From a virus, in IMG/VR virus record IMGVR_UViG_3300045988_110853, positions 132,077-196,076 of that record: 64,000 nt of DNA; one strand, 5' to 3'. A program made the position numbers and the translations under genes. The number at the start of each line of letters is the position of its first letter. The first letter of the stretch is position 1. Below are positions 1-12,400 of this stretch, piece after piece. The notes below the pieces were generated by a model. The model did not search any database. It was not told the origin of the DNA and saw only the letters and a program-made list of their open reading frames with translations.

Positions 1-211
1 CAATACCATCCATTTTTTTAAATGTAATTCCTAAAAAAATTGCGTCATAATCAATATTAGAATTAATTAATTTTTCAGGATCAGTAAATTTATATACATA
101 ACCTGGTAAATTAAATTCTTTAAAATACTAATTTATTATTTCTTCCAATGAATCATTTTGCTAATCGCTATTGTCGCAAACACCTACAGTAAAAATTTTA
201 ATCACCTTCAT
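1..211 (-). CDS. Hypothetical protein, N-terminal part only; the gene runs off the window start. Two in-frame TAGs are read through.
   Basis: Minus-strand ATG at 209-211 opens a frame (MKVIKIFTVGVCDNSD.QNDSLEEI...) that stays open to position 1 when TAG is sense. Confidence 0.3.
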
Positions 212-457
212 TTTTATTTATTTTTAGAAAAAATTTCTCTATCTTTATATTTTTCTATATTATAATTATACAAAAATTTTTAAATATTGTAAAATAAAAA
301 ATTATAAAGTGTCAAATTTATTTAATTTTAAGTAAGTGAAATTTTTATCCAAAAAGTGTTAGTATTTATATTATATTTATACAAAATAAAAATTATATAA
401 TAATGAGAGAAAAAGATAAAAAAACTTTTTACTACTATATTTTTCGGAGGTAATAAC

Positions 458-901
458 ATGAATACTTATGGTTATCCTTAGCAGTATCAACCAATAGGCA
501 ATAGACCTGTTTATGGAACAACTGCTACACCTGTGATTCAAAACAATACTGTATAGCGAATTAGACCAGTAGCATCTTTAGATGAAGTTAGAGCTATGAA
601 TATTGATTTTGATGGTTCAGTTTTTTATTTTCCTGATTATGCCAATCGTAGAATCTATACAAAACAAATAAATATGGATGGAACAGCTTCTATTAATATG
701 TATGAATTAAAAGAAATTCCAAATTCTTCTTAGTCTAATAATGATTATATAACACGAGAAGAATTTAATACTACTTTAACTTCTATTAAAGAAGTATTCG
801 CATAGATTATGGGATCTAATAACGCGGTTGCGCCGTCTTAGGAATCGGGTTAGCCAGCTCAATAGCAATCAACAGAGAGCAAACCGCAATTTAATTTTTA
901 A
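458..901 (+). CDS. Hypothetical small late protein with 7 in-frame TAG codons in 147 codons; ends at TAA.
   Basis: GGAGG RBS at 447-451, ATG at 458. Coherent frame interrupted only by TAG; TAA at 899-901. Not in the ORF track because of the TAGs. Confidence 0.45.
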
Positions 902-913
902 GGAGAGTTTCAA

Positions 914-1162
914 ATGACACAATCGATGAATCCAATGCAAATTATTGCTATGATTAAAAACGGTCAAAATCCATAGCAATTAGTTTTATCTATGCTTGAA
1001 AATCAAATGGGTGGAACGCCAATGGGCAATAATTTATTACAAATGGCACGGAACGGTCAATCCGATGACATTGAAAAATTTGCTCGTAATTTGTTTGAAT
1101 CAAGAGGTTTGAATTTCGATAAAGAATTTAATAGTTTTAAGTCCCAAATGGGGTTTAAATAA
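914..1162 (+). CDS. Hypothetical small protein (82 aa) with one in-frame TAG at 974-976.
   Basis: AGGAGAG RBS followed by ATG at 914; reads ...NGQNP[TAG]QLVLSMLENQ...; TAA stop. Confidence 0.45.
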
Positions 1163-1188
1163 ATAAAATTATAGAAAGAGGTTTTGTT

Positions 1189-2074
1189 ATGTTTAATTAC
1201 AATTATCCAATGAGCACGCCGAGTTATTCATTATCTGACATTGCTGCGGCTTCTGGGAACGGCTATCGTAATAATGATGGCGGAATGTGGGGAGACGGAG
1301 CTTGGTGGATTATTATCCTGTTCTTATTCTGCTTCAATGGTTGGGGCGGTAATGGCTGGGGTAATAATGGTGCTAATGGTTCTGGTTTCCAAGGCACTAC
1401 AACCCGCGAAGAATTAAACTATGGTTTCGATATGAGTGATCTTAAATCTGGAGTCAATGGTTTAAGTTCTAGCCTTTGTAATGGTTTTAGTGGAGTAAAT
1501 ACTAATCTTTTAAGTGGTTTCGCTAATCTTGCTGAAACTAATAATGCTAATACTCGTGCTTTACAGAGCGATATCTGTAATATGGGTATGAATAATATGC
1601 AGAATACCTTTAGTATTACTCAAGCCATTAATGCTGATACTGTTGCTGGTATGTAGAATACTAATAATTTAACTCAGCAATTAAATAATATGGCAGCTAC
1701 TAATGCTCAATGTTGCTGCGAGAATAAACAGTTAATTCAGTCTAGCTTTGCTGATCTTAATTACAATCTCGCTAGTATTGCTTGCCAGAATCGTTAGACT
1801 ACCGTTGATGGTGTCCGCGATATTATTGACAACAATAATGCTAATATGCGTTCTATTCTTGACTTCCTTGTTCAAGATAAAATTGAGACTCTTACCAGTG
1901 AAAATAGCACTCTTAAAAATTAGATTTCTCAAAATCTTCAAAATGCTTATCTTATTGATCAGTTGTCTCCAAAAGCAACTCCTGCTTATATTGTTGCTAA
2001 TCCTTATACTGGTGTTAGTTATACTAGCTATGGATGCGGATATGGTTCAGGATGCGGTTGCAATTCCTGATTGA
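1189..2074 (+). CDS. Gly/Asn-rich protein with one transmembrane segment (about 295 aa). Three in-frame TAGs; TGA stop. Possibly structural.
   Basis: Track ORF 1189..1656 continues in frame through TAGs at 1654, 1795 and 1921 to TGA at 2072. Contains hydrophobic WWIIILFLFCF and GWGGNGWGNNGANG repeats. Confidence 0.5.
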
Positions 2075-2091
2075 AGAAAGAAGGTTAAATT

Positions 2092-2514
2092 ATGGAAATA
2101 ACGGCTAATGCTTTACAATCAGTTGCTACTGGTTCTAATGTAGTATTCACTAACACAGCTGTTGCTGGAAACTGTTCCATACTGTATCGCGAGGGTAGTG
2201 GTTTAGTTACCCTCCGCGGTCTTACGAACGGTCAGCGCAGAGCTCGTTTCCGCATTTCATTTGGAGGTAATATAGGACTTCCAACTACTGGAACTGCGGG
2301 GGCTATTTCTTTGGCTATAGCCATTAATGGAGAGCCAGTTACTACTTCTACAATGATTTCTACTCCTACGGCTACTGGACAGTTTAATAATGTTTCACGT
2401 GCTTTATTCCTCGATGTGTTAGGCGGTTGTTGCACTCAAATTAGTATTGAAAACACGAGTTCATAGGCTATTGATGTTGAAAATGCCAGCTTAATTATCG
2501 AGAGAGTGGCATAA
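2092..2514 (+). CDS. Hypothetical protein (140 aa) with one in-frame TAG at 2464.
   Basis: Track ORF 2092..2466 extended through TAG to TAA at 2512; GGT-rich RBS upstream. Confidence 0.45.
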
Positions 2515-2527
2515 GGAGGTTTTTTAA

Positions 2528-3073
2528 ATGTGTGATAAATTCCAAGAAATTAAAAAGCAATTATTAACTCAAGTAGAAAGCCAAATGGCTCATTTAGAAT
2601 GTGTTGATACAAAGGAAATGGGCGAAGTAATAGATATGATAAAAGACCTTGAACAGGCTATTTATTATTGCACTATTACTGAAGCTATGAATGAATTACC
2701 TGAAACCACACATTATTATACTGAAAAATATAAATCTCCTCATAAAAAAAGAATTTATAAACCCATGACATATGATTATGATTGGGAAGATTATGATTAT
2801 GATGAACATGAATATGAGATGCCAACGAGTGGGAAATCTCATGAAACCCATGATAGCAGAGAGGGCCGTAGCGGCGTCCACAGAAAGATGTATATAGAAG
2901 CCAAAGAACTTCATAAAGATAAAAGCGTTTAGATAAAAGAGTTAGACAAGTATCTTCAAGAATTAAGCTCTGATATAGTAGAAATGATTGAAGATGCTTC
3001 TAATGATGAACGTTCTTATATGGAGAAGAAAATCTAGGCTTTAGCATCTAAAATTGGATCTATGAATGGTTAA
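2528..3073 (+). CDS. Hypothetical acidic protein (181 aa) with two in-frame TAGs.
   Basis: Track ORF 2528..2932 continues through TAGs at 2930 and 3035 to TAA at 3071; RBS GGAGG at 2515. Confidence 0.45.
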
Positions 3074-3365
3074 TATTAATGATAGGAATTGGAGGATACT
3101 ATTAGTATCTTCCAATCATCCTATGTTAATGCGACCTTCTGGAATATATACTTTAGGTTCTTGTGATGATCCTACTTCAACAATTTATATTAATGAAAAT
3201 ATTAGCAATAAAAAATTAAAAAAAGTATTAGCGCATGAATTAACTCATGCTGCTATTTTTAGCTATGATATTTCATTAAAACCAGAAGAAGAAGAATTGA
3301 TTGCGGGTTTGGTAGGAACTTATGGTGAAGAAATTATAAATAATACTAATCTTTTATTTAAATAG
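3066..3365 (+). CDS. Putative Zn metallopeptidase-like protein with an HExxH motif (LAHELTHAAIF).
   Basis: Single HExxH motif in a 99 aa ORF; overlaps the end of the previous gene. Confidence 0.4.
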   Translation: MVNINDRNWRILLVSSNHPMLMRPSGIYTLGSCDDPTSTIYINENISNKKLKKVLAHELTHAAIFSYDISLKPEEEELIAGLVGTYGEEIINNTNLLFK

Positions 3366-3376
3366 ATAAAAAAAAT

Positions 3377-3418
3377 AAGGGAATGAAACTATTTTGTTTC
3401 ATTCCCTTATTTTTTTTA
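3377..3418 (+). terminator. Rho-independent terminator closing the plus-strand late gene block.
   Basis: Perfect 13-bp stem aagggaatgaaac / gtttcattccctt followed by a T8 run. Confidence 0.7.
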
Positions 3419-3847
3419 TTAGTCTTTAAGTGGTAATTTTAAAGTCCTTTCATAGTACTCTTTAGCCTATCCATTTCCACCTAAACCTGCATACACTTTA
3501 AAGAATTCGACTAACTATTCATACTGTCCTGAAGTCATATATCCTTGTTTTAAGAAACTTTGACATAATTGAATTAATCTAAATCTATAAGAAGCAAGAA
3601 TTATTTCAATATATCTCTCACTACTCTTCTTTTCTTCTAATACGAAAGATCTTAAATTATTTAGATCTTCTTTAATTGGAGCTATGTGTTCTTCAATTAA
3701 TTCTTCTAATTGTTCATCTTTCTTTTCTTCTGCCAATTTTTGATACATTTTCATTTGAGTATAAATATATCTACAAAAGGCTAAGAGGCCAGCAGAAATA
3801 AGACCAAAAAATATTTCTATAAAATGCTAGGCAATAAAAGTAGACAT
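3419..3847 (-). CDS. Hypothetical protein with an N-terminal TM segment (142 aa); 3 in-frame TAGs.
   Basis: RBS GGAAGGAGG plus ATG at 3845-3847. Track ORF 3515..3754 is its middle; the frame continues through TAG at 3515 to TAA at 3419. Confidence 0.45.
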
Positions 3848-3924
3848 AAAAAATACCTCCTTCCATTAACTTCTAATATATTTTAAAAGAAAGGAAGGAG
3901 GATTATTTATTTAAGGCCTATTTA

Positions 3925-4437
3925 TTATTCCCAATTAAAATCATTATTGGAACTTTCTTTCGTGAAATATGCGGTATATAAACATATAGCATCACATATA
4001 TCATCATTGGCTTTTATATTATATTTTTGCTATACAAAATCAATATCGGCTTGTTTGAGAGTTTCACGTTTAATACTGCGACCGGTTTTAATTCCAAGTT
4101 TTTTGCGCCACTCACTAGCCTACATTAACTCTAATGTTTTGGAAGTAAATGAAGAATTAACTCCGTGCGCACCTAGCATTACTGCTCCTTGAAGCCACAT
4201 TAATAAACGTGAAGTGTCAGAATACCCATAAGTTTCAGGATGAACATCTTCCGCTACTATCTTTTCTATATTATATTTTTTTACTAACTCAACAATCTAA
4301 TCTTGTATTTTTTGTATTCTATCTAAATTATTAGAGGAAATCGCGGTTAGCAGTCCATAATTTAACATTTCTCCCTCGCTATTAGATACACAATAACCAG
4401 TAGATTTAGTAGATAAATCTAAAAAGAGGATATTCAA
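3925..4437 (-). CDS. RuvC-like Holliday junction resolvase; TTG start; 3 in-frame TAGs.
   Basis: GGAGG RBS 8 nt before TTG at 4435-4437. N-terminal ILFLDLSTKSTGYCV (RuvC motif I) and C-terminal KANDDICDAICLYTAYF (RuvC DDxxDA-like motif). Not in the track because of the TAGs. Confidence 0.65.
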
Positions 4438-4470
4438 GTAATTACCTCCTTTCTTTAAGGTTTGAGGTAA

Positions 4471-4989
4471 TTACTTTGAAGTTGAGCCAAATCCTCCAAG
4501 GCGATCACCAGAAGCATTATCATCTTCGGTGATTAAATAAGGTTTAATAACACCTTGACCAATAACATCACCTTTATGAAGTTGAATATCAAAAGGAGAT
4601 AAATTAATCATTTGAAAATAAATATGTCCTTCATTGTCAGGATTATTATAATAGTCTGCGTCAATAATCCCAACGCCATTAGCAAGAATAAGCCAATATT
4701 TTAAAGGACAAGAACTACGAACTGATAATTCAAGATATGTATTATCATTTAATTCGCATTTAATTCCAGTGGGCACAAGAGTTGGTTTTGCCTTAAGATT
4801 TTTTGTCATATTACCCATATCTTCAAGAGAAATTGAATCAAAATAACGTGTTGGAAATCTATTTAGCAAATTCTTATATGCTGGAATTATAATATCTTCC
4901 GCCACTGTAAAATCATAGCCTGCGGATTTCGCCGTCTTCCTTACGGGCAAAACCGCGTCTGGATATTTGCTTACTCGTTCAAACTTCAT
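4471..4989 (-). CDS. dut: dUTPase (dCTP deaminase/dUTPase fold).
   Basis: Motifs KSAGYDF, RSS, GIIDADY and C-terminal GGFGSTSK. Confidence 0.75.
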   Translation of the reverse strand: MKFERVSKYPDAVLPVRKTAKSAGYDFTVAEDIIIPAYKNLLNRFPTRYFDSISLEDMGNMTKNLKAKPTLVPTGIKCELNDNTYLELSVRSSCPLKYWLILANGVGIIDADYYNNPDNEGHIYFQMINLSPFDIQLHKGDVIGQGVIKPYLITEDDNASGDRLGGFGSTSK

Positions 4990-5237
4990 TAAAAGCTTAC
5001 CTCATAATTTACATCAATATTACTAATAGGATCTTTTTCATCATTGAATTTTTTAACAAGAGTGACTTGATACCATTCATCAACAATTTCACCCTTAGCC
5101 TTTTTTTCTTTCTTTACTGAACTATACTTAGCTAAAATATATTTAGTTTCAGCCTTAGCCTCATCAATAAGTGCAGCCGCACTTTCCTCATTATCTACAC
5201 GATAAACTTCTGTAGCACTTACAAGATACTTATTCAT
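4989..5237 (-). CDS. Hypothetical protein (82 aa).
   Basis: Track ORF with ATGA overlap to the dUTPase gene. Confidence 0.35.
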   Translation of the reverse strand: MNKYLVSATEVYRVDNEESAAALIDEAKAETKYILAKYSSVKKEKKAKGEIVDEWYQVTLVKKFNDEKDPISNIDVNYEVSF

Positions 5238-5497
5238 TAACCTACCTCAACTTTAATTTCTTTTCTATTGGAATAATTTAAACTATTACTTTCATAAATT
5301 TTTGGAATTAATTCATTAATAAAATCTTCAATACCATATAAACGTATAGTATCAGTATCATTCTTATAACAAGATGCTACTAAAACATTTGGAAGATCAG
5401 AAATACTACAAGTTCCAATACTTACTGCCATTCCATCATCATAAGTTTTAAAAACATTTTGTTCCATTGAAAATAAATTAATATTACAAACAATCAT
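5237..5497 (-). CDS. Hypothetical protein (86 aa).
   Basis: Track ORF; TAA stop immediately followed by the next ATG. Confidence 0.35.
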   Translation of the reverse strand: MIVCNINLFSMEQNVFKTYDDGMAVSIGTCSISDLPNVLVASCYKNDTDTIRLYGIEDFINELIPKIYESNSLNYSNRKEIKVEVG

Positions 5498-6031
5498 TTA
5501 ATTACACTCCACAATACCAGCATCATATTGGAATAAATAAAAACAATAAGATTCATTATCAATATTTATCCAAATTTCAATAGCGCCATCATTATTTTTT
5601 TCCCAACCAACAATACTTCCTAATTCTTGACAAAGTATAATTACCATACTCGCTACAGAACCAGTTGAAATAATTGGAGGAATATTTTTGTGAAAAATGG
5701 TATAATAATTATAATCTTTACATAATAACATATAATACATTCCATATTCACTCATTTCATTGATACTACTCATTAATTTATTTAATTCTTCTTCATTGAT
5801 TGGATTCATTTGTATCATAATATTTTTATTAAAATCATATAAATTCATTCCAGTTTGAAATGTAGTAGAATTATCTGATAAACTATTAGTAGTAGTTCCT
5901 ATCATTACCCATTCATTTCCCGTGTAATAATATTGTTTCTGATCTTCACCAGAAATGGCAATAGTTCCTTCTTCGAATTTACGAGGAGAATTATATAATT
6001 CTCCCATTGTATTAGTATAAAAAACATTCAT
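5498..6031 (-). CDS. Hypothetical protein (177 aa).
   Basis: Track ORF; no recognisable motif. Confidence 0.35.
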   Translation of the reverse strand: MNVFYTNTMGELYNSPRKFEEGTIAISGEDQKQYYYTGNEWVMIGTTTNSLSDNSTTFQTGMNLYDFNKNIMIQMNPINEEELNKLMSSINEMSEYGMYYMLLCKDYNYYTIFHKNIPPIISTGSVASMVIILCQELGSIVGWEKNNDGAIEIWINIDNESYCFYLFQYDAGIVECN

Positions 6032-6070
6032 CGTTATATAATCTCCTATCTATTTCATAGAAAAATTATA

Positions 6071-6565
6071 TCACAAATTTTCTTTTTTGTCAAGTTTTAA
6101 ATTAATAATGTTCTAATTGCGGGAACCGCGCAAAGGTAAAGTAATATCCCTTTCCTTTTGGATATATGGTCCATCAATTAGATAATCAGCGGTTTTTAGT
6201 ATATTCTTAATTCTAATATTATTACTATTCTTTAAATCATCGTAAACATATCCAGTCCATATATATATTTTAATGTTTGGATATATTTTTTTAATTTCAG
6301 TAATAACTAAATTAGTTAAAAATTCGTTTTCAGGGCAGAGAGGTTCTCCACCCATAATACAAAGATTGCGCTCAACATTATTTGCATTAATAGCAGTAAT
6401 TAATTCATCTAATACTTTATTAGTAAATTCTTTACCGCCATTAAAATCCCACGTTTCAGGATTCTGACATCCTTCACAATGGTGCGGACACCCTTGTGTA
6501 AAAAATGATACACATACTCCGGGTGCCGCTGCCAAATCATTCTTTATAATTCCTGCATATTTCAT
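6071..6565 (-). CDS. nrdG: Anaerobic ribonucleotide reductase activating protein (radical SAM); a C-terminal extension is read through a TAG at 6113.
   Basis: Motif GCPHHCEGCQNPETW (CxxxCxxC); sits directly upstream of, and overlaps, nrdD. The track-ORF stop at 6113 is TAG; the frame continues 14 codons to TGA. Confidence 0.75.
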
Positions 6566-8832
6566 TCTAATGCTCCTGTATGTTTTACTCTTGCTTCGAC
6601 TTCTTTTTGTTTACCCCAGTTAAAAGCAGTTTTATAATTGCCTGTAAGATAGCCAGTTACACGACGTAATTGCTGAATATTATGACTTCCGCACTCAGGA
6701 CAAGAATCATTAAATTCATCACAATAACCGCAATCAAGACAAGTATCATTAGGAACATTTACCGCAAAATAAGGAATATCTTTATCCATTGCGTAATTGA
6801 CAATAGTTTCAAGAGCATCAATATTATTTTTAACTGTAGAATCAAGCTCAACATAAGTGATACATCCAGCAGAAGAATATCCAGTCAATTCAGATTCAAT
6901 ATCAATTTTATCAAAAGGACTCATTTCTTTCCATACAGGAACGTGAATACTATTGGTAAAGAACTCTTTATCACTGACATTAGGAATTTCACCATATCTA
7001 TCTTTAAACTTTGTCATAGCAGTATAACAAAGATTTTCAGCAGGAGTATAATATACACCAAAATTAAGTTTATATTTTTCTTTATATTCAGCGCATCTTT
7101 CTTTGAAAAGCGTTTCAATCTTTTTAGCAATTTTCATACCATATTCTGTGGTATGGTCTTCACCAACAAGAATTTGAAGAGCCTCGGCTAAACCAATTTG
7201 TCCGATAGCAAGAGTTCCGTGTTTAAGAGCAGAACGAATTCCTTCTTCTGGAACATAACCTGCCATAACATTATTCTCATACATAAATCTCGCAGATCCA
7301 GGATCTTGAGAACAAATCCATTCAAAACGTTCCATTAATTGAATACGTGCTTCATTAATTTTTCTATCAAGTAAAGACATAAATCGTTCTACACCAATTT
7401 TAGTTCGTTCTTCTTGGGACAATAACTTATAGTCATCCCAATTATCATTTTCATTTAAAGTAACGGCCATCATAGCAAGAGTAGGAAGAATAATAGTAAC
7501 AGGACAAATATTTCCACGTCCATCTTTGAGCTGACCGAATCCATTAATATCCCAACCATTCGCAGTTCTACACCCCATTGTAGAGAAATAAGTGCGAGGA
7601 TCATTAATATCATATCCTGCGTTGCCAGACCAATCAACATTTGCGTAATTAGGATAAAGGCGTCTTGCGGTGCTTTCTAATGCTAATCTATATAAATCAT
7701 AGTTAGGGTCGCCCGGTTTGCGGTTAACACCTTTCATACATTGAAAAATCCCGCAAGGGAAAATTGAAGTTTTATGTAGTTTACCGAGACCTTCAATAGA
7801 AACATCTAATAATGCTTTAGTTACCATTCTACCTTCTGGTTTAGTGCAAGTGCCATAATTGATACTTGTAAATGGTAATTGATTACCGCTACGAGATTGT
7901 AGGGTGTTAAGATTATGATAAAGACCTTCTGCAGCCTAATGAGTTTCACGGATAGTCATTTTCATAGCATATTTATATGCTTCTGGAAATGATTCATAAA
8001 AATCATCATCAATGGGAGTTTCTTTACTATAACAGCCATCATATTTACTCATATCTAATCCTTCATATAAAAACTCAATGCCATCATTGAAATGTTTAAA
8101 GAAAGATTTTCTTACATAAGGAACCATAGTCCAATCTAAATGAGTAGCACTAACTCCGCCAAATTGACAAAGGCTTTGAATTTGGAAAATAACAGCGATT
8201 AATTGAAATGCTGTATTAATTGAACCGGCTGGACGAACATCTGCTTGACGAGTATTAAATCCATTAGCAAGTAAATCATCAAAAGGAATACTTAAACAAT
8301 TATGAGAACCAACATAATAAGAATCAAGATCATGAGTATAAATAATATTATCAATATGATTCTTACGAGCCATTGGTGAAAGTAAATAATCAAGCGCAAG
8401 TTGTTTAGTAACGACACTACTTGCTTCACCAGTGCGGCCGCCGAATGAATGTTCGTCAACATTAGCATTTTGATTTTTTACATTATTACCATCAAGCTTT
8501 TCACGAATTGCTTTAATAAAATCATCTCTTTTATTACGAGCGACTTCTTTTTTATATCTATATCTGATATAAGCACGAGCAACATCACGTCGTTCAGAGC
8601 GCATTAAATAATCTTCAATCCAATCTTGAAGATCTTCTACTCCAACGCTTCCATCAGGAAAATGATTTATTTGTCTTTCAATATCTTCCGCGATATCTTT
8701 TGCGGTATCATCTTCATATAATTTGCCATCAACTTCAATAAATGCTTTGTTGATAGCATTAATAATTTTCTTTTTATTAAATTGAGTTATACTTCCATCA
8801 CGTTTAATAATATACAAATTTTTTGCCTCCAA
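6562..8832 (-). CDS. nrdD: Anaerobic ribonucleoside-triphosphate reductase NrdD, one gene with an in-frame TAG at 7936-7938.
   Basis: Track ORFs 7936..8832 (N-terminal ATP-cone, LYIIKRDGSITQFNKKKIINAI) and 6562..7827 (C-terminal glycyl-radical RVTGY motif plus a zinc ribbon CLDCGYC...CPECG) are in the same frame. Only TAG and 36 sense codons separate them. Confidence 0.85.
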
Positions 8833-8880
8833 ACTAAATATAGTAGTTCTTTCAGAATATTCTACTATATTTAGGTTTTG
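8831..8880 (-). terminator. Hairpin between the dNMP kinase gene and nrdD; terminator or attenuator.
   Basis: 16-bp inverted repeat aaactaaatatagtag / ctactatatttaggttt. Confidence 0.4.
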
Positions 8881-8900
8881 TTAGTAAATAATTATTTATT

Positions 8901-9497
8901 TTAGTCCATTTCCGCCCATTGTTTAACTTTTTGGCAGATAGAATTAACAATATTCATATAATCATCGAATGTTTCATTTACCATAATATTACATTTAATA
9001 TTATTCATCTTTTGGAATTGAATTTCATCAGCAGAGTATCTTCTAATAATTTCATCTACATTAGGATTTTCTTCTCTATTTAATTGCCTAATTAAACGAG
9101 TTTTTCCTTTCGCGGTGATATAATATATTTCTAATTCAATTCTATCATCTTCAAGAAGACTCATAATTCCATCAGGATTAAAAACGCCAATATTAATTTT
9201 ATCATTAGATAAACTATCAATACTTGTGCCATAATACCAATTGTTAAAATTGGTGGTTTCTAACATTTTATTTTCATCAATTAATGTTAGAAATTCATCT
9301 TCTAAAACAAAATGATAACTTTCATCTGCTATTTCTTTTTCACGTCTTGGGCGTGTAGTATGGCTTATAATAGGATTTAAATATTTTTCTAAGTGGGAAA
9401 AGATAGCCATCATTAGACTATCTTTTCCAGCCCCAGATTTTCCACATAATGCGATAATTTTATACATCTTCTTCAATTCCTCCTTGATAGCGAGCAT
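8901..9497 (-). CDS. Guanylate-kinase-like (d)NMP kinase.
   Basis: P-loop GKSGAGKDS plus the GMP-kinase signature TTRPRREKEIADESYHFV. Confidence 0.65.
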   Translation of the reverse strand: MLAIKEELKKMYKIIALCGKSGAGKDSLMMAIFSHLEKYLNPIISHTTRPRREKEIADESYHFVLEDEFLTLIDENKMLETTNFNNWYYGTSIDSLSNDKINIGVFNPDGIMSLLEDDRIELEIYYITAKGKTRLIRQLNREENPNVDEIIRRYSADEIQFQKMNNIKCNIMVNETFDDYMNIVNSICQKVKQWAEMD

Positions 9498-12400
9498 CTT
9501 TTAAGATTAAATCTCCATTAGATAAAATTTCATCAATTTTATATAATTGATGTCCTCCAGAAGAAGCATATTTCTTTGACATAAAATTGTCTCCATTGCG
9601 AATACCAGAAACTACAATCATATTTCCACGATTAAACCAAGATTTTTCAACAATATGTTTAGTCCCATCTGCACCACGCTCTGAGATTTGCTTATCGAAC
9701 AAACTAAAATATTCTTTTCTAAACTTTACTTCTACAGGACCAGTAGTAGTAAGAATAGTTACGGTGCTTTTAGTTTTATTTTTTGCTATACAAGTTCCGC
9801 AAATCTTAAATAACTTATAGATATGAATAGTATGATTTCCTTTAGTAAAACTTCTATCAATAATTGGTTCTTCCGGAAGCTTAAAGAAATCTACAAATCC
9901 GTATTTATTGTTATTAATATTATTTAATTCGTGAGTATGATAATAATAACAAAGAACTTCCATTTCCCAAGCAGACAAATTGTTCTTACTTGCGTATTTA
10001 TCCCAATCATCTTTAAATATTTTCATATTTAAATTATTTAGAATTTCATCTTTATTATTTGCTATCCAAGCGCGGAATATATCCATCCATTTTTGATAAA
10101 TGTTATCCCAAATATTTTCGCTTAAATAATAGTCAGTTCCGTCAAATTGAATGTTATTATCTTCTCCAATTTCTACTAAGAAATTAATTGCACGTTCATC
10201 AAGTTGATATAAACCATTATTTCTTGTAGTTTTACAAATTGCTTTTAGATATCTATTAAATTCATAAATGCGACGGGCCATAATTTGATTTTCATTTTCT
10301 TCTGGAAGAAGATCATATTTCATAAGTCCGCCCATATTCTGAAGAGTAATTCTCTTTTTCTTATCGCAAGTTTCCCAAATATACCAAACCATTAATTCTT
10401 TTCTATCCATCATATTGTCAAAGGCGCCTCCTTTGATAAGAGAAATCATAGCTTGTTTACCAGGCTTAATGCGATATAAAAATTCTTTAGGATTTGAATA
10501 AGGACGATTAGCAATAATTGTATTAACCAATTCATCGCCAACATTTAGCATACCTTTTAATCCAAAAAGAATTTTATTATTTTCAATATCAGGAGCAAAC
10601 CCGAATTTAGATTTATTAATATCAGGAAGACCAACTTCAATTCCGGCTTTTTGGATATCGCTAATAGCTTTAGCAATTTTACCATAATCAGTGGCCGCAG
10701 TTTTACGAATCTTACCACTTTTATCAGGAAGGTCTTCAAACGTTACTCCATTTGCTAAATCATCACCCTCGGGCGCATAAATATCTACAATTTCTTCTTC
10801 GCTGTTATCCTCAAGAGAACCACTATTAACAATTAAACAGGCAGTATCCCAATAAATAGGATTAAAATGAATTACTAAGTAAATCATTTGAATTGCTACA
10901 AAAGAGTAAGGAAGAGAGTGGTTGAGACTAAATGCATATCCTAATTGAGGAGCAACCGCAATTTCCCAAAAGTATTCAGCAGATTTTTCATTATCAAACT
11001 TACTAAATACTTGTTCTCTTAATTGTGGGATTTTAGCCATTTGCTTTTTAGCAACAATTTTACGAGCAGTATTTGCTTCACCAAGAGTAAAATGAGCTAC
11101 ATCCATAAGAATTTCCATCATTTGCTCTTGGATAGGGCAACAACCGTAATATTTATCACAATGCTTATGCATCTTATCAATTAATTCTTGCGGAAGATGC
11201 TAAGCTTTCATTTCATTATCAAATACTTCAATACCTGAATGCTGAATACGATAATATCTATCTTGCTGAGATTCTTTTCCTTTTTCAGACATAAGACGCA
11301 TCATAGCATTGGCCGCAGTCATTTCCATAGGGTCTTGAGGTTTAAGACGTTTTGCGATGGCAAGACCAACGCCTGTGGAAAATTGGAATACATCTAACAC
11401 ATCGCCAGCCGCTAGGTGGTCCCAAATTGCTTGGTCGGTTGTATCTATTACTTCTGGATGAATATACTTATTATAAAACTCTCGTAAAGATAATTCTGGA
11501 ATTTGCTTATCTTTTAAAAGTAATTGATAACAGGTAATGATTTTATCAGAAGCTTCAGTTACGAGGAAATCATACTTGGTATCTCCTGCGGCTTCTGCTT
11601 TATGAAGGTCCCAGCAAGTAATCATATCTCCACTAGGAGTTCTCATAAATGATGCGGTATCGAATGGATCATCACCATATAAAATAACACCAGAAGCATG
11701 AGAAGAACGTTTATTAACCATTCCTTCGATATAAATAATAATATCCAAAAGACCAGGATATTGATTTACTTCTCGAATAAATGCTTGAACGGGTTTGCGG
11801 TCTTTTTCTTCATTACCATAAATAACATCGTGAATAGGCCATAAAAATCCACGTTCTTGTGGGATTAATGAAGACATATATTGGGCGTTATCAACATCAA
11901 TTCCTTCTGGGAATTCTTCACTTCTATATCCGCGACAAGCAGTTAAAATACTTTGTTTAGTGCCTTCAGTTCCAAAAGTAGCAACTTGAACTAATCCTAA
12001 TTCTCCACGTTCTTTTCTAATAGCTTTGAAAATTGCGGGACGCTTGCTTGGGGCAAGATCAATATCAATATCTGGTAATTCCGCACGTTCTTTATTTAAG
12101 AATCTCCAATATGGAAGTCCCCAACGAATTGGATCTAGTTGAGTAATACCTAAGAGATAGTTAGATAAAAATCCAGTGGCGGAACCGCGTCCGGGACCTA
12201 CAATACTTCCGCACTCCCAAAATAAATTAATATAATGTTGGAAAGTATTAAAATAAGCAAAAAGACAGTCATCTAATTTTTCACCAATATCTTTTATAAT
12301 ATCAGCTTCAATTTCAAGTCGTTCTAAATAATTTTCATTATAATAAAGTTGTTTTTCTTGTAATGCTTTAATACATTCATTTATCCAATATCTCTCTTGA

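Noticed and set aside
6670-7191. Plus-strand track ORFs overlapping the minus-strand gene block (6670..7191, 1748..2074, 2232..2435, 2696..2914, 9587..9820, 28869..29136, 37545..37895, 47315..47638, 52729..53181 and others).
   Set aside because: They are antisense to well-supported genes and are AT-rich low-complexity translations without start context.
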